The position numbers and the translations under genes are program-made. 64,000 bases of DNA from Hydrolagus affinis (lineage: Eukaryota). Below the pieces are notes generated by a model, which searched no databases, had not been told where the DNA came from, and saw only the letters and a program-made list of their open reading frames with translations. Within the stretch, counting starts at the first letter, position 1, and each line of letters opens with the position of its first letter. Positions 49,928-62,099 of this stretch are shown one piece after another. The stretch covers positions 62,001 to 126,000 of the forward strand of contig JAAILG010000029.1 of the NCBI GenBank assembly GCA_012026655.1. Reading direction: 5' to 3'.

Positions 49928-50062
49928 GATGTTTTAAGAGAATGGAGTAATGCTGTGAAGAGATATCCACAGTATTATTGTGTACAAGATATTACAAGCA
50001 TTATGGGAGGCAAATTCATCCCAGATCTCGAGTTCAAATTGGAAAAGAATCTATTCAGCATG
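49928..50062 (+). CDS. ICE2: ICE2 coding exon 5 (DVLREWSNAVKRYPQYYCVQDITSIMGGKFIPDLEFKLEKNLFSM)
   Basis: ctttgtttatag| ... ATG|gtcagt; 135 nt; phase 0-0; translated manually. Confidence 0.88.
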
Positions 50063-50336
50063 GTCAGTTTCACCTACAAAATATACAAACAGTGCATTTA
50101 AGTAATGATAAGCCTAATGACCTCATCTATTGCTTTACATAATTTATCATGATATTGTCTTATCAGTGATATTAAGAAATGTATTGCTCTATGCCATTTG
50201 CAAGAAAGTGAGATGTTTCATGTAATTGAATAATATGTATTTGCAGGTTGTGATGTTTGTACAGATCCTCTGATTGAAACATGAATTCAGTCTTCAAAGG
50301 TTACTGATTGATTCATTTGTGTTTTCTGATTTTCAG

Positions 50337-50459
50337 GGGAAGAGTGGCTTTTTGAAGTTGCCAGTTTCAAGATTTCCGTTCAAGATTGCGTTATCAACAG
50401 AATACAAACACATTTCTTCTTTTGCTTCACCCAAGGAAAGGGATTGTATTGTGAACTCT
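50337..50459 (+). CDS. ICE2: ICE2 coding exon 6 (GKSGFLKLPVSRFPFKIALSTEYKHISSFASPKERDCIVNS)
   Basis: ttctgattttcag| ... TCT|gtaagt; 123 nt; phase 0-0. Confidence 0.85.
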
Positions 50460-50871
50460 GTAAGTCTTGTGTTGACGTAATGGAGGCTACAGTGTTCTGC
50501 AAGCTGCTATAGAAATAGTACATTACATCCACATTGTTACCAAGGGGTTTATTTTGATTATTAGATTTGATTTAAATGGAAGATGGTAACATGACTTGTT
50601 TCACTTATTTCAATAGATTTCAATAGATTTTGATGATTACATTGCAGCGGGTCTCTGAAGTATTTGAGTTGAATTTATTGACTGACTGTTTCCATGTACT
50701 CTTTACTCATTATTATTATTATTGGATTATAACTCTTCATAAAGCCCATATCTGTCGAAGGTTTAAACATTGCTTTCTTGTCTGGCAGTCGCTCTATTTG
50801 TCTCATACTTTTGTAGAGATTCAAGAAAAGGTTTGTTGTTGCTTTCTTGAGCACAACAACATTCTTTTCTT

Positions 50872-50982
50872 CGATTGCGCCCACAAAATATACAGTCAAT
50901 TCACAGTATATTCTGTAAAGCGCTTTGAGACATCTCAAAGACATGATAATGCGATATATAAAATGCAAGGATTATTATTATT
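50872..50982 (+). mobile_element. SINE 3' fragment in ICE2 intron 6
   Basis: cgcccacaaaatatacagtcaattcac...aaatgcaaggattattattatt. Confidence 0.8.
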
Positions 50983-51278
50983 TTGGTTATTAGTGTGGTT
51001 AATCCTCTGCTGAACATTCCGCCTAAACTTCATATATTACATACTATTTCTTCATCCTGGTTCTCAACCAAGTCAAAGTAAAACAAATTATATCAAGTTT
51101 GATTTAATTGAGAACCAGACCAATTTATTGCATCATCTCGTATTATTAATTTATTTTATTTTCTACAAAACATATTAACTCTATGCCTGTACTATGGGTG
51201 TTAGTCCTCTGCCCTGATTTGTTAATATATACTCACAAAGTGTGACTATGTACAAACATCCCTGTGCTTTTGTTTCAG

Positions 51279-51438
51279 GATATTATAAATGATAGAAATG
51301 CAGCAAAGCTTAGTGTGAAGTATGGTGCTCAGTTCTGCATGACAACCCAGGCCTTGTATACCCTATTAAATAACCATGGGCCAAACTATACAGAGCAATG
51401 GGAGATTCCAATTTGTGTGAAAACCATCAATGACAAAG
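51279..51438 (+). CDS. ICE2: ICE2 coding exon 7 (DIINDRNAAKLSVKY...LYTLLNNHGPNYTEQWEIPICVKTINDK)
   Basis: cttttgtttcag| ... AAAG|gtacgt; 160 nt; conserved TLLNNHGP.Y.EQWEIP. Confidence 0.92.
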
Positions 51439-51818
51439 GTACGTTTTGCTGTTCAGGACTACAGACAATTTCCAGCCTGAGTTTTTTTTTAAGTCTTACC
51501 TATATTCCTCTCTACTCCCTTATAACAATCTGATTCAGGATTTAATCTCCCCATTTGCTTAAAAATCAACTTCCTAAAGTTGTACTTTTCTATTGTAAGT
51601 TCGACTTTAAATTTAATCATATTCTCTGACATTATTTCCAAAGTGCCCTTTTCATCCCCTACTTGTACATCACATAATCTGCAATATTATCATCTTTCTG
51701 ATATGCTCTGCAACTATTTGGGTCCAAGAACAGTCAAGTTATGTTCAGAAACACATTGTTGCTCCTTTGCTCTCACTATAATCCTTACTCTAAAGGAACC
51801 CATAATGATCCCTGACAA

Positions 51819-51877
51819 CCCTGATGCTTTTATTTGAGAATTCAATTGATCCCTGATGCTCTTATTTGAGAATTCAA
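51819..51877. repeat. Tandem duplication, period 32
   Basis: ccctgatgct(t/c)ttatttgagaattcaa at 51819-51845 and 51851-51877. Confidence 0.9.
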
Positions 51878-52677
51878 ATTAAAATCTAATGTTGTATGCT
51901 GTGATGTCCTATAACCTTAATTTTGCTTACATTAACTTTACATTCTTTCCACCTGGTCAGGTCCTAATCTAGATTTGTCTAACTTCATTAACTTCTTTAA
52001 TGTAAACAAGTTATACACCTTCCTAATTTATCCTTTCTTTCTCTGCAAATCAATCTATAATCCTTTTAAACTGACCACCGACTTCCATCCATTACTTAGT
52101 CAAGTTTCTGTGATATCCACAATGTCATAACCTTCCTTTCTGGCTTGGATCGCAGACGAACAATTTTATTCCTAAAAATCATGGCATTTCTTTCTGAAAT
52201 GTTGAGGAATTCCTTATGCTGCTGTTCTGTGCTTTGAGGGGTACTATATAAATGCAAGTTGTTTTTTCTGTTCATATCCCTAAACTAATATCTTTGACTA
52301 TAATCCTATTGCTACTCACTGTTCTTTCAAAAAAATCTTTGAATCCTGTTTTTTGTTTTACTCCTTCTTGCTTTCCCAGTTTACTTTTCCTACATTTAAG
52401 TAAAAGTAGGAACAACTGATATTCCTGAATCTTAACTTGGGCTCTTCAGTTGAAAACTTTTCTTGCCAAATGTACACTGTTTAATTACGCATTTTTTAGT
52501 CATATTCTGAAGTGTTTGGGAGTTTTTTTCACTAATTGTGCTATCAGCGTTTGGCCAGCGGGTGGTGCCAGATTTATTTTAAGTTCTGAAATGGAAGCTT
52601 CTGTATTTGATGGTATTGGATGCCGAGCCATTTATTTGTACTAAATATGTATAAATTACCATTTCTTAATCTTTAGG

Positions 52678-52755
52678 CTATTCTGTGAAGCTCTTTCAGA
52701 CACCTCAATACCATGATAAGTCGCAATATCAAATGCAAGGATTATTATTATTATT
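52678..52755 (+). mobile_element. SINE tail fragment in ICE2 intron 7
   Basis: tattctgtgaagctctttcagacac...atcaaatgcaagg(att)n. Confidence 0.75.
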
Positions 52756-54029
52756 TACAGAACTTTATTTGATTTCAAGATAGTTGTGGTGAATAAATTA
52801 AACCTTGTTTTAATACCAAGGGTGAGGGTTGGGCTCACTATTTTGGAAATGTTGATTTAGAAAAGGGACAGGAGCTGTTTACCATTGTTTAGACTTTTTC
52901 CCCATCTCTCTTAAGCTTCTGTTTTACATCACTGTTCACTGGCGTAGTAGATTCATTTTGTTTTTTCTCTCCACTTTCCAATCTCCATCTCTGTTCCAAT
53001 TTAATTTAATCAACTGCGGCTGATTATTCTTTCTTCCTCAATCTGGGCCCTTCTGCTGGTGGCAGTTAAATAATTATTAATGTTGGTTATTAATAACAAT
53101 ATGACATCTGATCGATAAGTGCAGCTCTTTGTTGCTGCTGTTATTGATCAGAGTGGTGGTATTGCCAGAACAACAGTTTCATGGAAGCTTTCAGATGCTG
53201 GACAACCCGTTCGATTGATCTTTAGGAAATGGGCGAATGTTGAGAGTTAATAGAAAGGAGAGTGAATGCTTTTTCAGGAAGCCAAATATTGCTGCCATGA
53301 AATGTAGCTCTCATCCACATATGGCTTCCCAGCTATTTATGTGTAAAATATTACATGCATTCCTCATGAACTACAGAAGAAACCAAACATATTATTTTTG
53401 TTTCAGTCAGACAGTACGATATTGATATCACTAATAATGCAAATATTTTTGTGAACAATTTGGACTGACGTTTTAAGAGAATAACCCAAGGCTAGTGAAT
53501 TGATAAACGATTCACTCACTGTAATTTTTTTTTCATCTTTCTGGTTTATTAGAATCTAGACAGTCATCTTTTGCAACCTAATTCTATCAGTGGATACAAT
53601 CAAATAGTCAGTTGGAGTAAAGGCAAATCATTGAAAATTAAGCTCTGTGCCAGTGCAATCCATCCTCTTTCATCTTGTTTATCAGTGTAATGTCTGAAGG
53701 GCTTCTAGTTCATCATTTAATTAAATTTTTTTACTTTGAATTATTGCATTATAATTAGAAGGACTATGATAATCCAATTTAAGTCCTTGAAGTAGTGAAG
53801 GGTAGTTAGGGTAGATAATTGATAAGGTATATCGTTCCTTCCTCTGATAGACAAATCCAGCCCAATCGAATATTTTAAAAATTATAACTAAACAAAACCA
53901 GAAAACAGTTCTTAGCATTGCAACTGTCTGGAAACACTTGTGAGAGGAGTTACTGACTTCCTGCGCACATGTACATATAGTAATCAGGAAGTGACTTAAA
54001 CCACAGCCACCACATACTCACACACTATT

Positions 54030-54391
54030 ATAATAATAATATCCCTGCATTTGGTATAGTACTTTTATCAAGTCTTTGAGATGACTCCAGCGCTTCACAG
54101 CATATACCATAACGTGAATTAAGTGTATATTGAGGGCATAACCAGTAGCCAATAGCGCACAGCAGTGTCTCATGAACAGTCGTGGATTGAATGATCAGAT
54201 GATTTTAATTTTTTTTAAGGAATTATTACCCTTGCAACAGAGATCCGCCAATTGACATAACAACTATTGTTTGGTAAACAGAGGCATGTGGAGTAAGGAA
54301 ACTTGCCCAACGTTTTGCTCTGCCAGGAATTAAACCCAGGTCCTCTCGCTTGCGAGGCGAGTGCTCTAACCACTAAGCTAAAGGACTCCAC
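54030..54391 (-). mobile_element. Same SINE family, full-length inverted copy in ICE2 intron 7
   Basis: Minus strand head with anticodon-like arm CTCGC-ctcgcaa-GCGAG (Ala CGC-like); tail at 54030-54060. Confidence 0.85.
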
Positions 54392-55019
54392 AGCATGCAT
54401 CCATACATCGATACACACAGATGTACAAATTTACTATTCAGAGAATGTGGGTGTGCATTATTGATAGGAGAGTTTTGAGATGTGTGTGTGTAAAAAAAAA
54501 AAGAAGCAAGTTTGGTTGTTTATTGATCAGTTCCCACAGTTTGATTTTAAGCTAAGAAGCTGCTTTGAATTACCAGCTGGGATGCTTCAACACATAGCCC
54601 TTTCCAACATAAACAAATCAGCTATGCAGACTGAAGTTTGAACATTTTGTATTGAGTGCTATTCTTTGTGTTCAGCGCAGATTTTTTTCATATTCTCGGT
54701 ATTGTGGTACGATCCAGTGCATTTATTTTGGCACAGGCAAGTTCAAACAACTAATTCTCATTGGTATGCAAGTATAAGATATTATCATAGCAAGCTATCC
54801 TTTAAGGCTGGCTGTACCTACTAATTGTACTATCACAATACTGTGCAAGCTTTTTCTTAGTTAATGTATTTGTCATATTTTAGAAGTACCTATATACAGT
54901 ATTATATTGTCAGTTGTTATTACATTTGTATGCGGGTGAAGTATGTTGAGTTTTTGTTTTGAAAGTTGTTTGGAATTTGCCGTGGTGAGTAGTGCAACTT
55001 AAATTTTTCTTTTTTACAG

Positions 55020-55201
55020 GAAATAAAGTAAAAGTTGTCTGTATCGACTCACCCCTTGTGAAGAAAGAGCTTACTGTGAGGGAGAAGAATTCACTTTATT
55101 ACGAAGTTCCTCTAGACCTATTGATGTCAAAAAAATCTGATGTGCCGTTGTCTGCTATGACTTTAGACAAACCAGAAGACCTTAATAGACTGGAGGAGAA
55201 T
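55020..55201 (+). CDS. ICE2: ICE2 coding exon 8 (GNKVKVVCIDSPLVKKELTVREKNSLYYEVPL...DKPEDLNRLEEN)
   Basis: tttcttttttacag| ... AAT|gtaagt; 182 nt. Confidence 0.92.
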
Positions 55202-55431
55202 GTAAGTTTTCAGGAAGACAGAGCACAGTTTTGCTCTTCTGGTCCTAATTTCCTATCTGTGATATGAAGGGTGACTATGTTTGGTTCTAATTCAATTTAA
55301 ATCATCTCACATTGTGTTTATCCACTGATGGGCGAGGTTTGCTGGACACATTTAATATAATCTCTTCTCTTTTCACTTGCACATGCATATGTTCTGATGA
55401 TTGGATGGTTTTTAACTCTCATTCAATATAG

Positions 55432-56320
55432 ATGCTCGTCAGAAAGCAGGAGCATTATGAAAACTTCTTTGAAAATGCAGATTTTGACGCCACAGATTTA
55501 GAGACATTTGGCACTGTAACCACCAGGTCATCAAAACGACTCTCCCAAAACAGGGCCTCTGTCAGAAATGATAAACGTGGAAAATCTCTTAGCTCTAACA
55601 CCTCAACTGCCAAAAAGCAGGACAAGAGTAAAGAGAATTCTGAAGACATACCAGTGACTCTAGGAATAAAAGTAAAGTTAAATCAAGAGCAATGTCTTCC
55701 GTCTGATCCGTCCGAAATACAATATGATGATAAACCGAATACAACGCAATGCAATGATTGCAAGGAAGAGAAGCAAGAGAGTAACCTCAAAGAGGAAACG
55801 AGAACTAAATCAGGCACTAATTTGTTGACAACAGGGACAGAATCAGACGACACATCTCTCAAGCCATCCAATAAAGAAATTTTGGATCACAGTGATACAG
55901 ACGATGAGCGACTTGTCATTGACACAGATCATCAGATACGTGTTCCCGAGGAAACTAATTCGAGAACCTTGAATTCCCTCCCTGAAAAGACCTCACTTCA
56001 TGAGGCAGAAGACATTCCAGATACCCCCCGATCACCATCTCCTGAACAAGATGTGATCAGTAGATCAGTGCAGAGAAAGAAGGAGATTAAAAGGCCTGTG
56101 CGTAAACTTTCAAAGGAATTTGATCCACTTGGGCAGATTCTGAAAATGCAATGCAAACTGTTAAAGCCAGATCCCAAACCTGTTGTGGAACAGCTACCCG
56201 TAAATCAAGAGGCAAACGTGCTGGATACGCATCCAATGCAAGGTCCTGTCCTGCTGGAAAACAATCCTGCAGAACCTATTGTGTCTGAGTCCTCTGGTTC
56301 AAAAGGCTCCAATTCCAAAA
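55432..56320 (+). CDS. ICE2: ICE2 large coding exon 9 (acidic/low-complexity; DLETFG, DSDTDDERLVID, DPLGQILKMQ motifs)
   Basis: Lies inside the 300-aa ORF 55432..56334; acceptor attcaatatag|, donor AAAA|gtaagc; 889 nt. Confidence 0.92.
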
Positions 56321-56529
56321 GTAAGCGTTTTTAATATTTTTTTTACTTTGTTAGACACTGTGTCCCTCGTCCCAACTGCTCCACAATTGGCACAGACCGT
56401 GGTTTTAGACACTATCACCCAAAACTGGAACTCTGGCTAAATGCCTTCTCCTTGCCCCTATGTTGTCCCTCTTCAGATCACACCTGAAATCCTTCATTTT
56501 CAACCATGCCTACAGTCACCTTTTGATTT

Positions 56530-56685
56530 GATAGATTTCTTATGGATAGAGGGATTAAGGAGTACGGGGATAAAGCGGGCAGATGGTGTTAGATTAGAAG
56601 ATCAGCCATGATCTTATTGAATGGCGGCACAGGCTCAAGGGGCTGAATGGCCTACTCCTGCTCCTTATTCGTATGTTCTTGTGTT
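56530..56685 (+). mobile_element. CR1-type LINE 3' end nested in an L2 fragment (~56355-56770)
   Basis: gatagatttctt...agatcagccatgatcttattgaatggcggcacaggctcaaggggctgaatggcctactcctgctcct; L2-like sequence on both sides. Confidence 0.8.
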
Positions 56686-57109
56686 CACGTCCCCAGCTCA
56701 GTGTCAAGCTCCTCCATTATTTTGCGCTGCAAGACTATCCCATTAGAATGGTGCTATATTAATGCATTTTGCTCTTATCATTGAGTTTTAATATGTTTAA
56801 TTGATAAGCTCTGGAGAAAGAGCATCAACTGATAATATTCAATTAACCCTCAGTTTAACTCCTAATTTCAATGAGAATATCAAATAGATCCTAGTGGAAA
56901 AAGTAGGATGTGCTATAAAGATCACCCCCTTTATCATTTTGCAGCAGGTGAAGACATTGTAGGGCCTTTGCTTAAAGTATCTTGAATGTACCTCGAGTGT
57001 TTTTTCTTTTTGAAAAATGAAATGGAATTTAAATGGATTTTAAGTATCCAAAATGTAGTTATAGATATGCACATAAATTGTGAATTCTAACTAGGCGTCT
57101 ATCTTTTAG

Positions 57110-57285
57110 CATTGCTCTCAGATGAGCTCCGCCAGTGTACTGAAAATGTGTGTGACTACACAGACTCTTCAACGGGGAACATCTCCTATAAACTCTTCAG
57201 TTTGGCTGAGATGCTAATTGTTGTACGTGGGCAAGTGTTCAAAGCGCAAACAAAACCACGTTCAATTAAAGAGGGACTAAAAAGG
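57110..57285 (+). CDS. ICE2: ICE2 coding exon 10, start of NARG2_C region (LLSDELRQCTENVCDY...GNISYKLFSL...GLKR)
   Basis: ctatcttttag| ... AGG|gtgagt; 176 nt; branch-point-like ttctaac at ~57085-57091. Confidence 0.9.
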
Positions 57286-57462
57286 GTGAGTTATTTACTT
57301 TTTGCAGATTGTCTGAGCACTGAGGAATGATCACATTTCGGTTGATCAATATTTCTGATGAATAAAATTGAAAAAGTCCAATGATGCCTTCACAGTGTCT
57401 TAATAACAACATGAAATATTAGTTAGATAAATTGCTCACAAATAATACGTTTGTCTCACCAG

Positions 57463-57592
57463 CATATCCCAGTCTTTTTATACCCCAAACTGAATTATCA
57501 GGCCTCGTATGGAGTAGAAGATTTTACTGACAGTGAAGCGTGTCGGTTTTGGACCGAAACCCTCTTCAATTCTAATAGTTGGTTTTATGTAG
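57463..57592 (+). CDS. ICE2: ICE2 coding exon 11 (HIPVFLYPKLNYQASYGVEDFTDSEACRFWTETLFNSNSWFYV)
   Basis: ttgtctcaccag| ... GTAG|gtgagt; 130 nt; PK..YQ..YGVE motif. Confidence 0.92.
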
Positions 57593-59234
57593 GTGAGTAT
57601 TACTTTCGTCTAGTGAATAATGTTCCCAATTTCTATAAGACATGGAGAAAATTATTTTGGGAAATTGTTGAGTGTTTAAATTAAGCCTTCAATGGCATTT
57701 CCTGGGTGAGGAGTGTATTTTTTTTAAAAAGGGGTGAAACATGAGTCAAAGTTTCTTAATGGAAAGCTGCTATGTTGTAGAATTTATGAAACTTATATGT
57801 GAACTCAATTGATACCTAAGCAGGTTTGCTTATTGAGCAAATATTCATACTGTATTAAATAATCTTTACAAAAATGAAACAAAATCTTTTCCAAGTGTTT
57901 CTTTCCTTTGATTTCCATTCTCCTCTAATTTTTGTGCTATTTCTGTTTGTTTATTTCATACTTTCAGATTGAATTTTCTCTCTCTTTCGCCCTCCCACCT
58001 CCCACACATACATTGTAAGAAAAGGGAGGGTGTGGGATCCTTTTGCTGTCATTCAGCTATGAACATAAAGCTTGTCACCTCAATACTGAAATGCAATCTG
58101 AAAACAATGAGAGGTTATCGATGTACACATGAGGATTATAAACTGCGGGCTATGCAAAATGAGCCAGGGTGTAATATATATTAAGCTGAGGTGCTAGACA
58201 AAATGGCTTTGGATATAGTGCAGGGCTAACCAATGGAAGCATCTAACAGCATATCAACTTTAGCTTGCCAGGGGCTATCTTTGTAGAGTATGACTGTGGT
58301 TAAAGCTGTTCTCTGATGAGAGTGACAAGAATGCATTACATACTGGGCGAGGCTGGGTGTGGAAATTGCTAGGTGGAGCGACTACCAATGAAATCATTTT
58401 TATTATACTAACCGTTTGTTGACTTAATGATTTTTATGTTTTTGAGACTTTCGTTTGGATATTCCAAAATGATAGCCTTTTAAAAAGATTGTGAATGCTA
58501 AATTGCTGAAGGAAATCAGGGCTGCGATAATCATCTGGGTGAAAAATCTGGAAGTCGGTGAGAAAATAGTTCAATGACATCAAGAAACCTATCGAGTCCC
58601 AAGCATGAGAAAGTGACAAAAAATTGTGGGAGGAGATACCAGCCAGCCCACTAATACCCCACTATTCATAACATTCCTCATGTTGTATGAATAATGGATC
58701 TCTGAGAAGTCTATTGTTCCAATGTCAAACAACTTGCCCATGTTTAATCCTATAAAAACAGCAATATTTTAATTTAAAATTAATAAAGTTTATTTGTAGT
58801 ACTGTAGGTAATTGCTGTGAGTATTTGGGCTTCTGCATTCGCCTGCATAAAGCATATTCAATCCACTTCACAGTTGTTAATTATTATAGTGAAACGCTTT
58901 AGAGCATCCTCCCAACATAAAAAGCATTATACAAATGTAATTTTGTTGTTGTTTAATGAGAACAACAACTTGCATTTATATAGCACCCCTGCATGCGGAC
59001 TGCATCTCAGAGTACTTAACAGTGGGGGAATCCAAATAGTTAATTGATATGACAATGTGGTTTCAAAGATGGCATTTCAGAGATGTTCAATAAAAGGCAC
59101 AATTCAGCTCTAGGAATTATTTGGAAGACCCTCCTACAGTTCTGCTCACTAGCATGTTTTAATACTTGAAGGTGCTAAACAAGTTTAATTTTGCTGTTGT
59201 TTTGACTTCCATTTTGTTTTCCCCTTTATGGCAG

Positions 59235-59319
59235 GGCATATTGATATCTTTGCATCGAAGATGATTTTTTTGGACCAATTTCCAGCAGCATCTCTTGGAA
59301 CAAAGTTTAAATCTTTCAA
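59235..59319 (+). CDS. ICE2: ICE2 coding exon 12 (GHIDIFASKMIFLDQFPAASLGTKFKSF)
   Basis: cccctttatggcag| ... TTCAA|gtaagt; 85 nt; phase 1-2. Confidence 0.88.
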
Positions 59320-59987
59320 GTAAGTGAATGGAAAATGTTGCTCATGTTTCAAGTATGAGTCATCCAATAGCCAGTTTAGTTTAATGGATTATTTGAGATC
59401 AGCCACTCAATTTTTATTGTGTGTCTTCACTGTCTGTGTTAATTATATCCAAATGCTTAGGAACTGAAGGGCAGTGGAGGCAATGCACCCCAATCTAAGA
59501 TATTTGTAAGTGTTGTAGACCTGCAAAGCGAAGTAAACTAAACTCAAAAAGCCATTGAACTAAATAAAGGAAAATTTAAACCTTGAATTGAAGGCAAACA
59601 GAAATTGTATCTCGTCTCCGATCCCGCTTACGGCCACCTTTCCCTCCCCCCGACTCAGCTTCAGGCTCCACCATTGTGAAGTGCTCTGAGCCACCGCTCA
59701 GCCTGGATGGAAAGATATAAGTGTAAGTTGTTGTATCAAATGCTGCGTTTATACTCTCGGTGCATTTTCTCTCTAAGATGAAGAAAACTGTGGAATGATA
59801 TGGAGCAAAAAGCTGTGACTTGCCACCAAATGAGTAATAATTAATGCAATATTCGTGGCTTTAGCAGTGTTGGGATTTCCATTCTAGTTTCTTATGCAAT
59901 CATAATTATTCTTGTTTTTGATACACTGCCTTATCCTGTTGATGAGACACTCAAAGGGTGAATATGCTGTAAAGTGATTTCATTGTA

Positions 59988-60723
59988 CAATAAAAGCCCG
60001 TTTATCCATGACCCGATCAACCGTAACTTCCATATAACCGGCACCTCAAAAAAAAAGGTCCCCATTCGATTAACCGGATCTTATCCGGCACAATCGCATT
60101 TTTTTCCCCTCGTATCAGTAGCAGTATGCTGCTACTAGTGCCTGAAGGTGGCGCTGCCGTTTTTTCCCTCACAGAGTACAGTACGATTACCTCTGAATGC
60201 ACAGCAGTGCACTTCCGGGTTTGAGAGAGAGGCAGGGAGAGAGAGAGAGAGGGTGGGGCGGTGGGGGGGTGGAGAGAGAGGGTGGGGCGGTGGGGGGGTG
60301 GGGAGAGAGGGAAAAGTGGGGGAAGAAAGAGAGAGGAGAAAGAGGTGGGGGAGAGGAGGGGAGAGAGAGAGGGGTTGAGTTGATTAATTTACATGGAAAA
60401 TGAGAGGAGTGGAAGGGTATTGGGTTTGGAGCCATTGAGATGCCAGACTGACTGGAGTGTGTGTGTGTGAAAGAGAGAGAGAGAAAGAAAGGAGAGTACC
60501 CCTTTGATTGTGTTTTATTTATAGACTGTAATTGATATTTATTGCTTTATTGGTAGGTATCCATACAATATTCTGTTATTATTTTGTCTATTATTAATAT
60601 TTTTTTTTTTAAATTGTTTTGGGTTTATTTTTAAAAAATTGTGCTGGCCACCCGAATATCCGGCATGTGGTTTAACCGGCATTGATCAGGTCCCGAGAGT
60701 GCCAGATAAACAACCTTTTACTG
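59988..60723 (+). mobile_element. Same MITE family, long copy (736 bp), nested in a SINE
   Basis: TA|caataaaagcccgtttatcc ... agataaacaaccttttactg|TA; both ends are shared with 16089-16299. Confidence 0.85.
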
Positions 60724-61097
60724 TATATTTCATTGGTGAAACGTGGCAGCCAATTGTGCAGTGTCCCACAAACAGTTGTGGATTGAGTAGATGGGGGTAG
60801 AGTTCACATTAGGAGGCTTTGTACAGGTATGGGGAAGAAGCAGCCCCAAAGGACGAAGTGTTTTTATCTTATTCCCTGCTTTAAGGTTTGGGTTCTTTTA
60901 GCCTTGTTGGTCAAAAAATCCCTCCACAATTCACTTTATTGATTCCCTTACTTTTTAAAGCTTTTTTCCCCTCAATAGATTTAGCTTGCTTAGTGCCTCA
61001 CCATAACCAAATAATTGATGTAAACCAAACTACACATTATTTTTTATATTGATTTTTCATGACTTTGACAGTGCTTGTTCTCTTCATTTCTTTCTAG

Positions 61098-61148
61098 GCC
61101 TATAAATTCATTGAATATTCTTCACTACATATTAAAATTGGTGTCTGG
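61098..61148 (+). CDS. ICE2: ICE2 coding exon 13 (PINSLNILHYILKLVS)
   Basis: catttctttctag| ... TCTGG|gtaagt; 51 nt; phase 2-2 keeps the frame. Confidence 0.85.
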
Positions 61149-61840
61149 GTAAGTTCAGTTTTTGTAAATTACACAGTAATTTTGAACTTAAGGAATTTAT
61201 TGATATCCTTTCAGATATCCTTTTTTGTTTGGTGGTTAACAGATGAGCTTTAATTCTTGAAAGGATCCAGTTCCATATGCTGCCTTCTTACCTAAGAGGC
61301 TATTTATTTTTATTGTACTAAGCATCAACAAGCTATTTGAGTGTGGAAGAAACCTTAGGAGTGCCCAATTTTGCTCATACCTGACTCAGAGGGGAGTGTG
61401 TGCACTGGAAACCAATAAGGAGTAGAAATACTGGCTTGCTTTCCTCTTTGCCCATCCCCAACTAAGGTCTGGTTGTAGCAGCCCAACTGAAATCAGCTAA
61501 CTCAGCACAGACTGATTGGGAATGATCTTGCAATCTATCCCTCCATTTGGCCCAGTGGGATCATACTCTATTTGTAGGATTCAATCATAGAACCCATCTG
61601 GCAAGATTTCTACTTTTTTTAACAAAAAAAATCATTTTGTACCAAAGCACAAATTCAAGCTTTTCCCCCACAAACAACTCTCATCTGCCACAGAAAAATA
61701 TTTTTGTAATTTCTTGTGTATTGTTTCTTGTTTCAAGGGAAATCTGTAAGCAGACTTTGAGAAACTCTTTAAGGCTGTTTTTCATGTTGGTTTGCTGTTA
61801 AGCGTCTCAGCTTATTTTTCATTCTTATTTTGAACTGTAG

Positions 61841-62099
61841 CTTAGAAGAAGGCAACTATCTGTTGAGTCATGCCAGAAGAGATTCTTCCTTGACTATATA
61901 CAGCAGCTGTCAAGATAAGCCCACAAGAACGGCCTACAACCTTCATGCTGCACACCACGAACTTCCAAATGTTCCATCCACCCTGTCAGTGCCCTGGGTA
62001 CCACTGGATCCTGACATCATGATGCCGTATCACGTTCATTTTGGGAGAATTCCATGCACATTTCCTCCGAAACCCTCGCAAAAACCTAAAAATAAAAAG
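61841..62099 (+). CDS. ICE2: ICE2 coding exon 14 (LEEGNYLLSHA...VPWVPLDP...HFGRIPCTFPP...KNKK)
   Basis: tttgaactgtag| ... AAG|gtttgt; 259 nt; NARG2_C motifs YLLSHA and GRIPCTFPP. Exons 1-14 total 2697 nt (899 codons); terminal exon not located. Confidence 0.92.

Noticed and set aside
57095-57109. Second in-frame acceptor 15 nt upstream of ICE2 exon 10
   Set aside because: The AG at 57093-57094 sits directly after the branch-point-like CTAAC with no pyrimidine tract, so it is unlikely to be used.
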